The translations under genes were made by a program, and so were the position numbers. The notes beneath the pieces were generated by a model, which was not told where the DNA came from, did no database searches, and was given only the letters and a program-made list of their open reading frames with translations. Of a stretch of 43,372 nucleotides of DNA, positions 1 to 14,112 are shown piece after piece. The stretch covers positions 31,119,755-31,163,126 of the forward strand of contig NC_068986.1 in the NCBI RefSeq assembly GCF_001194135.2, in the 5' to 3' direction. Each line of letters starts with the position of its first letter. The first letter of the stretch is position 1. This stretch comes from Octopus bimaculoides. Its lineage: Eukaryota.

Positions 1-214
1 TATATATATATATACACACACACACAGGTAAGCACATAAGTGCAAAACAAGGTTGACAAAATAGCCCTCAAATACCAAAGATAGAGTAATATACATTTTA
101 TTAAACCTGCAAAAATATCACTAGACTGTTACTCAGAGTTTCACAATCTCCCATTCAAAGAGAAATGTGAAACTCTGAGTAACAGTGCTGTGATAATTTT
201 TCAGCTTTAATAAA

Positions 215-259
<45 letters not shown>

Positions 260-1231
260 TTGTTTTACAAAGAAACATGAAACTTCCAGTCAGTTAAGAT
301 CAGAAGCTATAAGAGCCAGTGCCTGGTGCTGCATCAGGGAATTTATTATTATTATTATTATTACTATTATTATAAATGAGCTGGTAGAATGACAGAATTG
401 TTAGCACGTTGGTCAAAATGTTTTGTGGCGTTTTACATTTGGAGTTCAAATCTGCCTCAATAAACTCTGTCTGCCACCTCCACTGATGACAACAATGATT
501 TTCCATGTTGGCATAGGTTGAACTGTTTTTCTAAGGCAGGGTTTTACAACTGGATACCCTTCCTATCACCAGCCCTTTAAGTCTTATGACATGCATGTGT
601 GTATTCTAAAACTGAAACATATGTGTTAACTGAAGTTTCAACAGTAACAACATAGTATTAAAAAAAAGTGAGTTATATTTGTTTCCTTTATAAGCAATTT
701 ATTCTGAGATTAAGATTTTATAAGCTTTTCATAAAAGCTCATGGTTAATGGATTTTTCTTTACTAGATAACAAATGTGAAGAAATGGTATTCTGCTTTGA
801 CAATGAAATTAAACACAATTAGAATATTAAAACTGTTATAAGAGTAAATCTGACAAGGACCCATCTCCACCTAAATTTTACAAGCATGCCAAAAAAAAAA
901 AAAAAGGGAAGAAACTAGCAAATTAGGGTTTGTAATCAGGATTGTAACAATCCAGATGTTATAGTTCTTTAACTAGAAACGTGATGACTACTAATGAGGT
1001 ATTGTGAAATATTTCTCTACAAAATTCCATGACTAGATAAATGGAATATCTGTTGCTTTAGATTATTATTCATTGTTCTTTTGCATAAAAATATTTATTC
1101 ACAAAATATCTGAGAACACCCATAACTGATATAAATGTCTGCTGCATTCGCTTCTTCCATGAAAAGAATATTCAATCTTTCATGTTTCTTTTCTTGGTTT
1201 TTTAATTTAGAAAAGATTAATTTATTAATTT

Positions 1232-1640
1232 AGGCACAGGCATAGCTGTGTGGTATGAAGTTTGCTTCCTAGTCACATGATTCCAGGTTCAGTTTCACTT
1301 TAAAGCACCTTGGGGAAATGTTCTCTATTATAGCCACAAGCAAGTGGATTGGTAGGCAGAAACTGAAAGAAGCTCATTGTGTATGTGTGTGTGTGTGTGG
1401 ATGTGTATGGATGCCTATGTGTGTGTGTGTGTGTTTTTGTGTCTGTGTTTGTCCTCCAACACCACTTGATAACTGGTCTTAGTGTGTTTACGCTCCTGTA
1501 ACTTAGCAGTTTGGTATAAGAGACCAATAGAATAAGTAACAGGCTAAACAAAATAAGTACTAGGGTCAATTCATTCAACTGAAGTTCGTCAAGGCAGTAC
1601 CCCAGCATGGCCACAGACAAATGACTGAGACAAATAAAAG
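1232..1640 (+). mobile_element. Near full-length tRNA-derived SINE (dominant family in window)
   Basis: Head GGCACAGGCATAGCTGTGTGGT...GGTTCAGT, CACCTTGGG core, internal (TG)n, tail ...CCCCAGCATGGCCACAG..AAATGACTGA.ACAA.TAAAAG; many homologous copies in window. Confidence 0.85.
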
Positions 1641-3189
1641 TAAACAATTATAATTTTTTCAATGCTTCATGAGCACAACATGGTATGTGGCCAAGAAACT
1701 CACTCTGTAACGCTATGGTTTCAGTTTCCAATCCACTGTGTAACACTTAACACAAGTATCTGCTATCTACCATGTTGATGGCATGTAGCCAAGTTGTAAC
1801 CACAGGTTAGGATATTGAACTCACAATCATTAGATCTTGGGTTTGAGTTCTGCACCAAGTGTTAAGTTATACTGCAACCTTGATCAAGGCACTTTGTAAG
1901 GATAGAAAGAGAGAGAGAGCCTTGGGTGAACCAAAGCCTTGAGAGTAGCATGTGGTAGACAGAAACATGTGGAAACCAAAAAGAAGAACTGATGTTTTAG
2001 AGCAGTAGACATGATCAATCACCCTGCATAAAGGTACCTTTAATGGAATTCACTCTATTGTAAGCTTTTGGGTCAGTCTTTGGGCTGAGGATAGCTTCTT
2101 CCCTTCTGCCTAGCAATGTCAGAAGACTGGTTCATGACTGATGTTCTTTCTTCTTTGCTTAAGCCATAAAAGAAATAACAATATAAATTTAAATAAATTC
2201 CTTCTGGTAATTCATGATAATTCTTGTTTTTTTTTCTTTGTTTTTTGTTTTTTGTTTGTTTTTGAAATCCTTCAATTTCATTTCATTTTTCAGTGATGTA
2301 AAAGGATTCCTAATTGGTGTTTATTGATTACACTAAGATCAGAACCATATAAGAAACTATTCAAGATAGGGGGGGGGGAATGATAGCACTTTGTTACTAT
2401 TCCAAAATATTCTTTTCTAAATGACCCACTTTAAATATATACAAAGAATTTCTTGTAATCAAAGAACTTCCATTTAACAATTTCAGTATCAGTCTAAGTA
2501 ACAATTACCAATATACTTAAGTAGTCCATTTTGTAGATCTCTTACTTCTCAGCTTGATTTAACACACATTATAATATCAGCTGTCTTCTAAGAACTGATA
2601 ATTTAGGTATTTCTCAAGAGAGAAATATTATTATATAGTCTATTTAATAATAATATATATATTATCTTATATGTTGGTTGTGTGTTCAAAGCACTTCCCT
2701 ATTCCCTCTAATACTAATGATTTCAATTCAAATCTTGTCAATATGATATATATTCTTATTTCTTTTAGTTTTCAGTTGTTTTTCTTTTCTCCCAGAAGGA
2801 ATGGATCAGTAAGGTTACTGTAGTAAGCGTTTAGTGTAGTAAATATGTGTATTTTTTTATTTGACATCTCCTTTGATCTACACTATATATTTTCAATCAT
2901 GTGCCATCCAAAAAAGTGAAATACACAACTCTATATCAAAAGCAGTAACATACAAAATTTCAAAGAGGTTTACAGAACCAAAAAAAAAAAGTAACTCATT
3001 TATAATACTCTGTTAAGTAATCAAAATGCCCCTGGGGAACAATAACACCTAAATTGAGAGCAATTAGCTAACTTGTCATTTACTATCACTAGAAAAGTTA
3101 AAAAAAAAAAAAAGAGAGAGGAAACATTGATCAATTGTGGATTAGAGATCAAAACAGTTGAATGGCTATTTGTTGAAAACAGTCCTCCT

Positions 3190-3352
3190 CTTCCTCCTTA
3201 TCATCATCATCTTCATTGTTGTTGTCGTCTTCGTCATCGTCATCACCATCGTCGTTATCACCCCCCCACCACAACCACCGCTGCTGCTGCCATCGCCGCC
3301 GCCACCACCACCACCACCACCACCACCACCACCATCACCATCATCATCATTT
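3190..3352. repeat. Compound trinucleotide repeat (CCT/CAT/CGT/CAC/GCT)
   Basis: Directly visible; explains the His/Thr/Pro-rich ORFs 3073-3379. Confidence 0.95.
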
Positions 3353-4079
3353 AACGCCTGTCTTCCATGCTGGTTCTGAGTTCATATTTGAATGAGCTGT
3401 TTAATTCAAGTATTTTGTTGATTACAAATTCAAAGGACATGAGGGTTGTATGGCAACATGCATAAGAGAACAATTTCAGTTACGATTGTTCTGCTTCTGG
3501 TGAATCAGATGTAAAACACATTCAGTTCTATGCATAACATTGAATAGCATTAATCAAGGTTCAACCAATTGTCTGACCTGAACAAGTGATTACTTTTAAA
3601 GAATTAACAAAAGAAACTTTCAGATGACAGAGGCTGAAGTTGTTCTTGTGAGACATTAAATAGAAGCAGAGGGCTATGAAATAAGGAATATGTTAGTCTT
3701 AAATTGTGTTAATACATCTTAAACACAGAGTTCTCTAAATTGGTTTGGTAAAAGAGAGACTGTAAAATAAACCCCTCATTAATAAATAAACATGTCAACT
3801 GTTGAGATGGTGAGGAGGCTCCATATGATATTTGACCTGTTAGATATAACAGCCAAATCTCCCTCAAATTGCACCCTACTATCTTAAAAAAGAAAAGACA
3901 TGCTGAATAATGTAGTCCTAGATACACAAGACAAGATGATCATATCATAGTTAAACTGCCTTTGACCATAAGTCTGCTCGAACGGGATCAGTTTAGGCTA
4001 AACAACAACAGCAACAACAATACTAACCAGGTAGTTGCAAAATTAATGTTACTGATCAGAAATATTGGTTTCAAATTTT

Positions 4080-4270
4080 GGCACAAGGCCAGCAATTTCG
4101 GGGGGAGAGTTAAGTTGATTACATCGACCACAGTGGTACTTATTTTATCAACCCTGAAAGGATAAAAGACAAAGTCAACCTCACTGGAATTTGAACTGAG
4201 AACATAAAGATGGACAAAATGCCACTAAACATTTTGCCCACTGTTCTAACGATTCTGCCTGCTCACCACC
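4080..4270 (-). mobile_element. Third SINE family copy; others near 375-470, 8500-8690, 14620-14700, 17440-17620, 33060-33220, 40200-40410
   Basis: Shared GAGTTCAAATTCC..TGAGGT..ACTTTGCCTTTCATCCTTT..GGGT.GATAAAATAAGTACC motif across copies. Confidence 0.75.
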
Positions 4271-5719
4271 TTATTCTACATATAATTACCTCACTAAAAT
4301 AATTACTATATTTGATGTCATATAAGACTCACTTTTCTTCCAAAAACTTGTCTTGAAAAAATTACCCTGAGTCCTATATATAAAGTTGGGTTTATATTAC
4401 ATACTTTAATACACTAAAAACATTTTCCCCTGAATATGCACTGTTGAAACTGGGGTATGTCAAACATTCCTGTGAGTTTTTTATGCCATCAAATATAGTA
4501 ACAAGAAGAGTCAGTTGCATATGAGTAAGAATTAACTATAATTCCTTACTCCATTTCTAAATGATTGACTGAATTCTGACGTGTTCAAACATACTTTAAC
4601 AACTGAAGTTGGTTTACTTTTTTGAATTAAAAATCATAAAACTATTGTAGCAAAGATTGTTTCAGTTACTGTTTCTTTACATTCCATTTTGACAATAAAA
4701 TAATCCACCAAGTATCTGTGTTTTTTATGTATTAAATTTCAGTGTTTAAAAGTTAATTAAAAGAGCTCCCAGTTTAACTTTTTGTTCTCATATTGTTGTT
4801 GAAATACATTATCTTTCTTTCAAATAACTTCGAAAATAATGAAAAGCTTAGTAAAATAACTCTGCTTTTATTTATTAAGCTGGAGTTTGGAACATAAATA
4901 AACAAAATTTTTTTTTAGAAAGATTTTAATTTAGATTTCTTTAAAACAAGAATTTTATATCATGGAACAAATGGTGGATATGGTTGGGTTTATATCAAAA
5001 AAGTTTAAAAACTTGCCAGGAAAAGAATAAATAAATTATATAGATAGAATCGTCAAGTGTTAACAGAAATGGTTTTGGCAAGTGTGACATAAACAATTTT
5101 TTAATACTGAATACATTTAAAATTTTGAAGCATCCTAAAATAGTTTCTTCCTGCAGAATTGACTTTTCTCTACTCAGTTGTCAGGTTTCCAAACTGTCCT
5201 ACCTACAGAATACACACCATCTCTCCTTTTCCTTTGTTCATGTGAAATGTGATAAGGACTAAGTTATTATTTTTCACATCAGCAAAGATTTTGATTGTGT
5301 CGAGTGTGAGAAACTTGTACTGACAACAGACACCTATTAGTTACACCAGGGATATGATTTCTGTGTAGGTGAGGTAAGCATACCCAGACTAAACATATAA
5401 ATATCAATTATTGATTAATAAAACATAAATTATTTCCAGTTCATTATGAAAATGCTAATTTAATGCATGAAACTCCACACATAATTAAGTAAATGGTGAA
5501 TAGCTTTTTTTTTTATGGTAGACAGACCTAATTTCCCTGTGTCTGTCAACCTCGATATATATAATAGCATATATCAAAGGCATAATTACATACTGGAGAT
5601 ACACTTTTAAATGCATTAAATATCATGTCATAAAAATAGAATGATTCTTGCCTTTTGTTCTGTGTCATACCAGTCATTATGTATGCATATACATGTGTGT
5701 GTGTGCTTATACACACATA

Positions 5720-6010
5720 TAATATATTTATATATCCATATAAAGATGCATGCATGTATATGTATATATGTATATATATGTGTATATATATATATATATA
5801 GATAGATAGATAGATTTTATATATATATAATATATATATATGTATATATTTATATATATATATATATAGATAGATAGATAGATTTTATATATATATAATA
5901 TATATATATGTATACTACATGGTAGAAAAGAATGTAAGAGGATGTTCAAGTACTCTGCATGCAATGAACAAATACATACCTACATGTGTGTGTGTGTGTG
6001 TATGTGTGTG
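5720..6010. repeat. Compound (TA)n/(TAGA)n/(TG)n microsatellite with a duplicated block TAGATAGATAGATTTTATATATATATAATATATATATATGTATA
   Basis: Block seen at about 5800-5845 and 5870-5913. Confidence 0.9.
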
Positions 6011-6818
6011 TGTTCTACTCTTTTTTCTATATGTCTAAGTATCTTGCTCTGCTAAAGACAAGTTAGAGCAATCGCTGTACTGGTGATGCCCATTGAGGTA
6101 GAAACATATTCCCACTGCAGTTCTTTTGTCTCCAGACAGACATGTTTATTTTGTAACACAAGACAGAAAACGGAGGTGATCAAGGCCAAACCTTGGTTAT
6201 GTAACCATAAGAGTAGCACCTTTAAGTGCATAAGTGCTGAAGGTAGTGACGCTATCTTAAAAAAAAAAGTTTAGTGATAGTGTAGATAATTTTTTACTTC
6301 TCCCTGCACAAATATATATAATTTCAAAGACCTATCATCTTAAGAAACATAATATCATCTGTTGTAGTTGTTGTTGAAGCTGTTTCTGTAGCTTTGTTGT
6401 TGTTGTTTTACATGTAAGACTATTATTTAAAGCCTCCTTCCTTTTCTTTGTAAAGATGGTAGGGTCTAAACTGAAAAGATCTTACTGCTATGTCTTGCTG
6501 GTTAAGCAACTGTGTAGATTCTTCCTTCGAAGGATCATATATCACTTTGTGGCTTGGTGAGACAGTAACTAGTACAGGACTTCGGTTATAACAATGGGTT
6601 TGATGATGCATAAGTAAATGCATGAATCATCAGAGCAGTTATTTAGTGACACTACTTAACTGGCAACAAGAAGCGGCAACAGCCATATCTAATTCCAATC
6701 AAGTTGATTGAAGCTAGTGAAGTCAAGTATGTTTTACTTAGACGTATAATACTATGCCACAAGTGGAGCTTGAAATTGAGTACTCTTTAATGTGTGTACG
6801 TGTATGTGTGTGTGTGTG

Positions 6819-6857
<39 letters not shown>

Positions 6858-7663
6858 GCTGTGTGTATGTGTCTGCATGTGTATGTGTATGAGTATGTGC
6901 ATGCATGCTTCAGTGTGAATGCATGCACTATGACTGTATAGATAAGAAGTCTTTGAGACAAATACCAGTTTATTAAGCTTTCAATGATGTATCTACTTTG
7001 AGTATGATACAAAAATTGCTATTTTGAACTAATACTGCTTCTATTACTCATAATGAATTCTTATTCAGCCTGCCAGTTAATTGTAATATCAGTGATTTTC
7101 AGTTGTTGTTTTACTGTATCAGTAGCGGCTTATTTTGTCTTCATGTGTGATTACTTGCTACCGACAATGTCCAAAGAGCCAAAAATACACATTTAGCAAT
7201 GCTGCCACTGTTGTTAGGCCATTTTCATTTGCTACTGATATATTTTTGCGTTTTTTTAACACTCTGCATCTAGAAGAGATGGTGTCATTAGACAAATATT
7301 GCAGTTTATCAGGTTTTTGACAATGTATCTGCTTTAAGTAAGACACACAGAATGCTATTTTGAACTACTACTGCTTCTGTCACTGATAATGAATTTTTAA
7401 ATAAGTATATATTTATACATGTAGATGTATTATCAGAGCTTTAACATTTACTTTTCCATGCTTTCATGAGTCTGAGGCAGATTTTTTATGGCTGGATGCT
7501 CTTCCTGTTGCCAACTCTCATTTGTTTCCAAACAAGGTAATATTCCCCGATGGCTGGACATGTTTTCATGGAACAAACCCATTTGTACAATGGTGATACC
7601 CCTTCACAACAATCACATGATTTCAAGACAAGAAAACATGAACACCACATGCATGCACACATG

Positions 7664-7664
<1 letters not shown>

Positions 7665-7729
<65 letters not shown>

Positions 7730-7888
7730 TGCCATGCAGTGCAATCAAAATCTAGGACAACCTGATAGTGTAATTGCAAAGTGAACTTTTTAATTACATG
7801 GGCATACTTAAACCCATAAATACGCATGTGTGTGTGTGTGTGTGTGTGTGTGTTTGTGTGTGTGTGTTGTGTGTGTGTTGTGTGTGTG
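7665..7888. repeat. (CA)n 7665-7724 and (TG)n 7826-7888; other (TG/CA)n at 217-256, 6806-6853, 9126-9163
   Basis: Directly visible dinucleotide runs. Confidence 0.95.
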
Positions 7889-9123
7889 AATGTCTCTACA
7901 AGGTCTGGTACTAAAAAAAGAAAGAAAGGAAGTGAACAATAACCTCAATCTTATTTTCAGCTGTACCTAATCACACAAAGCAAGAATAGAGGAAAGTCCT
8001 TTATATAAAACAATTATAATTTGTTCACTCAAATGCTGGTCCCTAATTAATGTAGCCATAAATCTCAAGTAGCTGACAAGTATTTATGGATAATATTTAT
8101 GGATGACTAGTATACATAAGAATAACCTTCCTCCCTCCCATCAGAACCACTGTGCCTAATGGAATTTTCTCATACAGTCTAATAATCATCTATGTCTGTA
8201 CGATTGTGTGTGTTTGATCATGTTTGTGTATGATTGTATGTGTGTATGAATGTATATTTTTTGTATGTGTTTATGATTGTGTATCTGTATCAGTATGTGT
8301 ATGTATCATTCTCTATCACCAATTTGTAATGTAGCTTTGGTTGCAAATTAACTTGGTGTGAGTTTGTGTGCGTTTGTATATATATATGTGTGTGTTTGTG
8401 TCTAGGTAGCCTGTGGATGTTGTTTTTATTGTTGCTATTCAGTCCCCAAGTCAATGCTCACTGAACAGATTTATGAGGAAAGATATTACAACCATTGGTG
8501 GCAAATCAGCAAAATTGTTGGACCAGTTTTCGTTCTGGCTTTTTATGTTCTGAATTCAAATCCTGCTGAAATCAACTTTGCTTTCTTCTTCCTAGGGTCA
8601 ATACAATAAACTCCTAGACTACCACCTGTCCAGTATCGTGGATTGATGGAATTCTTAGAGCATTGAACAAAATGTTTTGTTCAGGCTTTTAATGTTGTGT
8701 GTGACCAAGCAGGTACAGCAAACTTGTCTGTGTCTGGCTGGCTAAAAACACCCGAAGGAACACAACAGGAAACCACCATGGTATTCTCTCATAAAAAATA
8801 TCATGACAAACAGGTAGAACTTGTCAATGAAGTCACTAAAATATTACTTAAAGGAATATTACAGTTGTGATTGATCATTGCTTTGGAGATTTCTAGAACA
8901 ACTTTGTCAAATGTACTACGCCACTTCATGGCACTGGGTGTGATTTAGGTGAGATTTGGTCACAAGCAATGATATGAAGACTCCTTCATTGGTTCGTTTG
9001 TATGTATTTGGGGTGTGTATGCGCATATGCATGAGTTTGTCTATCAGTATGTGCGTGTATATGTTGTGTTTGTGCGTTTGTAGCTTTTAGCATGTGTGTT
9101 TGTGTCTGCATATGTCTGTGTGC

Positions 9124-9166
<43 letters not shown>

Positions 9167-10035
9167 CATATTTGTATTATTTTATCTGTAATTCATAGCA
9201 TACTTTCCCCACCTCTTGTTATTCCTAGTCAATGGACATTATCACTTGATGTATCTTATCATGAAAACGCACTTGCTACATCAATGTGACTGTACATAAC
9301 TACATTATCGTCTTTAACAACTAAAGTATGGATGTTTCCTGGCAGAATTAGTTGAGTGTATGACAAAATGCTTTGTCAGATATAGTTACAGCACCATGCC
9401 AATAAAAGAAGGAATAAATGTAGAAGACATGGAGTCTGCAAGCTGCTGTGCACACAACCTGTCTGAGAGAACGGTACCTCTGAATAAAAATTTATAACAA
9501 GTAGTTAGGAGAACTCTTTAGGCTTGCTACAGACAACCTTGCTAATGTTGTTAAATGTCTTTAACTTATGCTGTAAATTTACTGGTGGCTTGAAGACATC
9601 TTGATACATACACAAAAACATAAAATACAGAGCAATATGATTGGTGGTTTTCTTTGTTGTTGTGTGTGCCAGATGATATGGAACCATGACAAATGGAAAG
9701 ATGCTGTGAGATCTGTTCAACCAATATCAACACAGAAAAATAGATTTTATATAAGTATGATGATGCATTTTATAACGTAACTTGACTGGTAACAGGAACG
9801 GCAGCTAAGGTTTCAAATCCCATTCAGGCTAACTTTGCCCTTCATTCTTCTGGGGTTGATAAAATAAATACTGTATTTCCCATCATTGAGAACTATTTTT
9901 TTCTTAAAATAAGTCTCAGACATTAACTATACCTTTGAAAGGACAAAAGTTACATTTTTCATAAACCAGTTTGAATACCAAAGAAGGATTATCTATCTAA
10001 GCTAAGCTTATTGTGACACCACACTGTAACATATT

Positions 10036-10378
10036 GTGAAGATGCATGGCTCAGTGGTTAGAGCATTGGGCTCACAATAATGAGATAGTGAGTTCAATTC
10101 CCTGACTGGGCTGTGTGTAGTGTTCTTGAGCAAGACACTTTATTTTACATAGCTGCAGTTCACTCAGCTGTAGAAATGAGTTGCAACATCACTGGTGCCA
10201 AGCTGTATCAGCCTTTGCCTTTCCCTTGGATAACATTGATGGCATGGAGAGGGGAGGCTGATTTGTATGAGCAACTGCTGGCCTTCCACAAAAACAACCT
10301 TGTCCAGACTTGTGCAGGGTAACTTTCCAGGTGCAGTCCCATGACTAAAGAGGGTCTTTACCCTTTACCCTTTACCCT
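10036..10378 (+). mobile_element. Full-length tRNA-derived SINE, second family, (TTACCCT)n-like tail
   Basis: A-box TGGCTCAGTGG, B-box GAGTTCAATTCC, CTTGAGCAAGACACT core, tail CCCTTTACCCTTTACCCT; CTGTAACA flanks both sides (possible TSD). Confidence 0.85.
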
Positions 10379-12314
10379 ATGCTGTAACAGTGAAAGAAAA
10401 AGTACAAGTCAAGTATGGAGTCAATATATTTGACTGCCCCACACACCCAAAATTTTAGTCCTTGTGCCTATAATAGAAAAGATTATTTATTCTAGAAGCT
10501 GAAATAGCGTAGTGTTTAAAACAATACAATTTAAATACTCAGGATAAATTCGCAAATACAGGGAGATATACTGAAGAAAGGAATTTATATATTTGTTTAT
10601 ATTGTGATTGACTTAAACTAACTAAACATTATAAGTTACTTGCAATGATCATTGAAATATGAGCTTTCTATATATTTTTTCCCCCCTTTCTTCATTTCTG
10701 CATTCTGTATATTGTATTTTTTCTAACCTTATTTGATAAAATTATTGACATTCAAGTAGACTATCACTGCATACCCGTGCATTTTAAAATCTATTTAAAA
10801 TATCATTCTATAAAATGCATCTCATTTATTCTACTTAAAACATTATTCTATAAAATAAATCTCATATATTTGACTGTATACTGTGTTTGGAAATTGTGCA
10901 GAAAGAGTAAAACAGTAAAAATAAAATGTTTTAGTAACACATTCTGTGAATATATGCCTTTAGTTAAGGTTAAATGGAAAATAAGATATTAGTTCATGTC
11001 CAATCCTCACAGATAAACAGTTAAAGATAAGAATTTATCCAAGCTATTACTTTAGAAATCTTTCCTTATTCTGTATGTTGTAAAAAAACAAGTTTTTGTC
11101 TTCTTCAGCTTTGTTTGTTTGTATATTTTGATATTCACCAACATGGCACATTTCATCTATTTTTCATCATATATCTCCATATCACTGCAAACATTTTCTT
11201 TTCGATTTCTTTGTTTTGCCTTTTGATACCCTTGATTCTCAGCTTGCTATTCATTTAGTTTTATAAGACTTTATATACTTCTCTTTGACTGGCAGAACAT
11301 ATAATTGATCCAAAGATGTATCATTCTAAATGTACAAATATGTTGAGATTTGATTCGCTTATATAGAATTAGGACAGCCAAAGATAAAAGTTAACTGTTA
11401 TTTTTTAAAAACTTCTTCATTTTTTTCTCTCTTTTATTTCCTCCCATTTTTATGAAACACATTTGTAGAATCAATCCATATTACTAATGTAGTTTTGTGG
11501 TTTCTATTCATCTCCATGCTATTGTTGAAGGGCAAGAAAAAATATGTTGTTTATTTTATCTTATTTATTCTAGAAGCTGTAACGACATGGTATAATGCTT
11601 AAAGCAATATACTTGAAATAGTATATAATCTCAATCACCAAAATGCACTGTGTTGCTCAGTAGCTGGAATTTTATCTATCTTGGATGAACACAAATGCAA
11701 TAAGGCCATTGTCCATTGAGTTTATGTCTAAAAAAAAAAAGAAAAAAATTGGTTTTCATAATGAATAGAATTCTGATCATTGAAATTATAGTAATAAAAC
11801 TCATACTATTTATTTTGCTGTGGTATAATTCTTTGGGAAAAAGCAGGAATTTTCAGTTTGTTCTTTTAGCTTAATGACTCAACCAAATGTCATTTTCTAA
11901 AAGATTATGAAAGTAAAAAATGAAAATTGAATCAACTAACATTTCTAAGGAATCTTTTTCTCTATCCATTTATGTGTTGCTATATAACCTATTTAATATT
12001 GTTTTATGGACTCAGATTTACACTTCTGTTTTATAGTTTATTTATGACTTACAATTGTCTACAATTACATTATTGTGTTCTGCCCATGGCCACCAAAATG
12101 AAAATTACCATAACAACAACTAATACTTTGAAATATTTTTCAAAAAGAAGGTCAATTGATGTGAGACGAAGTATTGAAGGCTGATCTCAAGACACTGAGT
12201 CTTACAAAGAAGATGAGAAAGGACTGAGATATCTGGTACTTTACTGTACTCAAGATCTATCCACAGTAGAATTGATACTGGTGCTGTTGCCACATTAAAA
12301 GCACTGTTGTTGGT

Positions 12315-12495
12315 ACCACATAAAAAGCACCCAGTACACTCTGTAGAGTGGTTGGCATTAGGAAAGGCATCCTGCCATAGAAACTGTGCTAGAACAGATA
12401 ATAGAGCCTGGTGCAGGCTCTGGCCTTACCAGCTTCAGTCAAATCATCCAACCCATGCCAGCATGGAAAACAGACATTAAACGATGACAATGGTG
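12315..12495 (+). mobile_element. RTE-tail family copy; further copies near 12925-13070, 21305-21483, 26780-26960, 29985-30100, 40685-40835 and, reversed, 34760-34880 and 42620-42830
   Basis: AAAAGCACCCA.TACACTC...GGTTGG..TTAGGAAGGGCATCCAG...CCAACCCATGCCAGCATGGA...TTAAA.GATGATGAT shared between copies. Confidence 0.8.
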
Positions 12496-14112
12496 ATTTC
12501 CACATCAGACAAAATGCCTTGAAATATTTAGTTATGACCTATGGGTTGGAGAGATCTTACAGTGTGATATCACTCATCATAGCTGTGGCCATTGCTACTT
12601 GGTATACACAGCTACAAAGCGAGCTACTGTATGTGTCTTACAATTTGGAATCAGTGCATTTTATTATGCGCTTAGCACTAGAGTTGTTATCTTTGACAAA
12701 ACTAAAGCGTCTCCTCTATCCTGTATGAGTTTTTATTTTGAGTTACTGTGCTGGGAAATAAGTAAGTCTGTGATATGGCTTGAGAGGTTCACATCTCCTT
12801 CATATATATTTCATGTATACATAAGCATGTACATATATATCTGTCTGTCTGTATGTATGTATGCATGTATGTATGTATACACTCATGCATATAAATTATA
12901 TTATTCTATATTATATAGTGACATTCAAAAGGGCATCTAGCCATAGAAACTATGCCAAAGCAGGCTGCAGAGCTTGGCACAGACTTCTTGCTCACCAACT
13001 CGTATTAAACCATCTAACCCATGCCAGCATAAAAGACAGATGTTAAATGATGGTGATGATGATGATGAAACACACACACACATATGTACATATATATTTG
13101 TACACACACATATATTTTGTATTTGTGTATATTACACACACACATATGTATATTACATATGTGTTTGTGTATATGTGCATGTGCATAATATGCATGTGTG
13201 CATGAATGTTTGTATGTGTGTGTATATGTTTATGCCTCCCCGTTGTTTTGGCATAAAAGCAAATGTCATTGTATGTACAACATTTTCTTCATTTACAATC
13301 TGCTGCAAAAACATGTCATTGTTCAAAGAACCTGAAGAAATAATTCCTTTCTTGGAAACAAATGAGGAATGGCACCTGGAAGAGCATTTTTTTGCAGGAG
13401 AAACAATATAGAAAAGTGCGATGATAAAATGATAATAAGTACATTCTCAATGTTAGTACAGAGCTGCAGGCAGGACAGAATACAAGGAGACTTTCAAATC
13501 CTGTGTATTGAACAAATAAACAACAATATATACATATGTATAATGTGTGTGTGTGTGTATGTGTATACACACAAATGCACGCACGCAGGCACACACACAT
13601 ACATACATGCATCTGGCTTGTCTGTTACTGGCAGGAGATGCTTAATTTATAATGATTGCTTTCCACAATCTCCCATTTATTTATCTTTGTTCAAATCGTA
13701 AATACCACCTGCAATTCAATGACAAGGATCTGATGCAGATTTCTAAGTCCACATAACACACAAATTACATATAACAATAGACATCTATTTAATAAACAGA
13801 CCTACACATTTCCAGCATGCAGCTAGTATTCAACATATAGCTGTATGCTATATAATCTTGGAGAAGTCCTTGATAATGAGTATAAGTCACTCCAAAATAT
13901 TGTGTACACTTTTGGACACTTTATTCTTTTATCTACAATCATTTAATTAAGGAATTATTAGAGAAAAAAAATTACTTCAACCCATTAAGCAGACACTTAC
14001 TGTGGTTTCCTTCATTCTGTGAGGCATTGATGTCATTATGAATAGTAGTAAGTCATTGTCAGGAATGTGAATGACATTAGCATATCATACAACTTAATCA
14101 TCATGTGAATTG

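Noticed and set aside
3073-3379. His/Thr/Pro-rich ORFs, and HT/CV/YI-rich ORFs at 1300, 5728, 6752, 7486-7827, 9092, 12974, 13316
   Set aside because: Read-through of microsatellites and SINEs.
6601-6640. Second hammerhead (CTGATGA on the - strand)
   Set aside because: No downstream GAAA in position and no stem I.
8670-8870. + strand ~65-codon open frame (AFNVVCDQAGTANLSVSGWLKTPEG...)
   Set aside because: Abuts a SINE remnant; no recognisable homology or partner exons.
11030-11260. Purine-rich - strand stretch that would be one ~70-aa ORF with a single added A
   Set aside because: Requires an assumed frameshift; no splice signals or homology.
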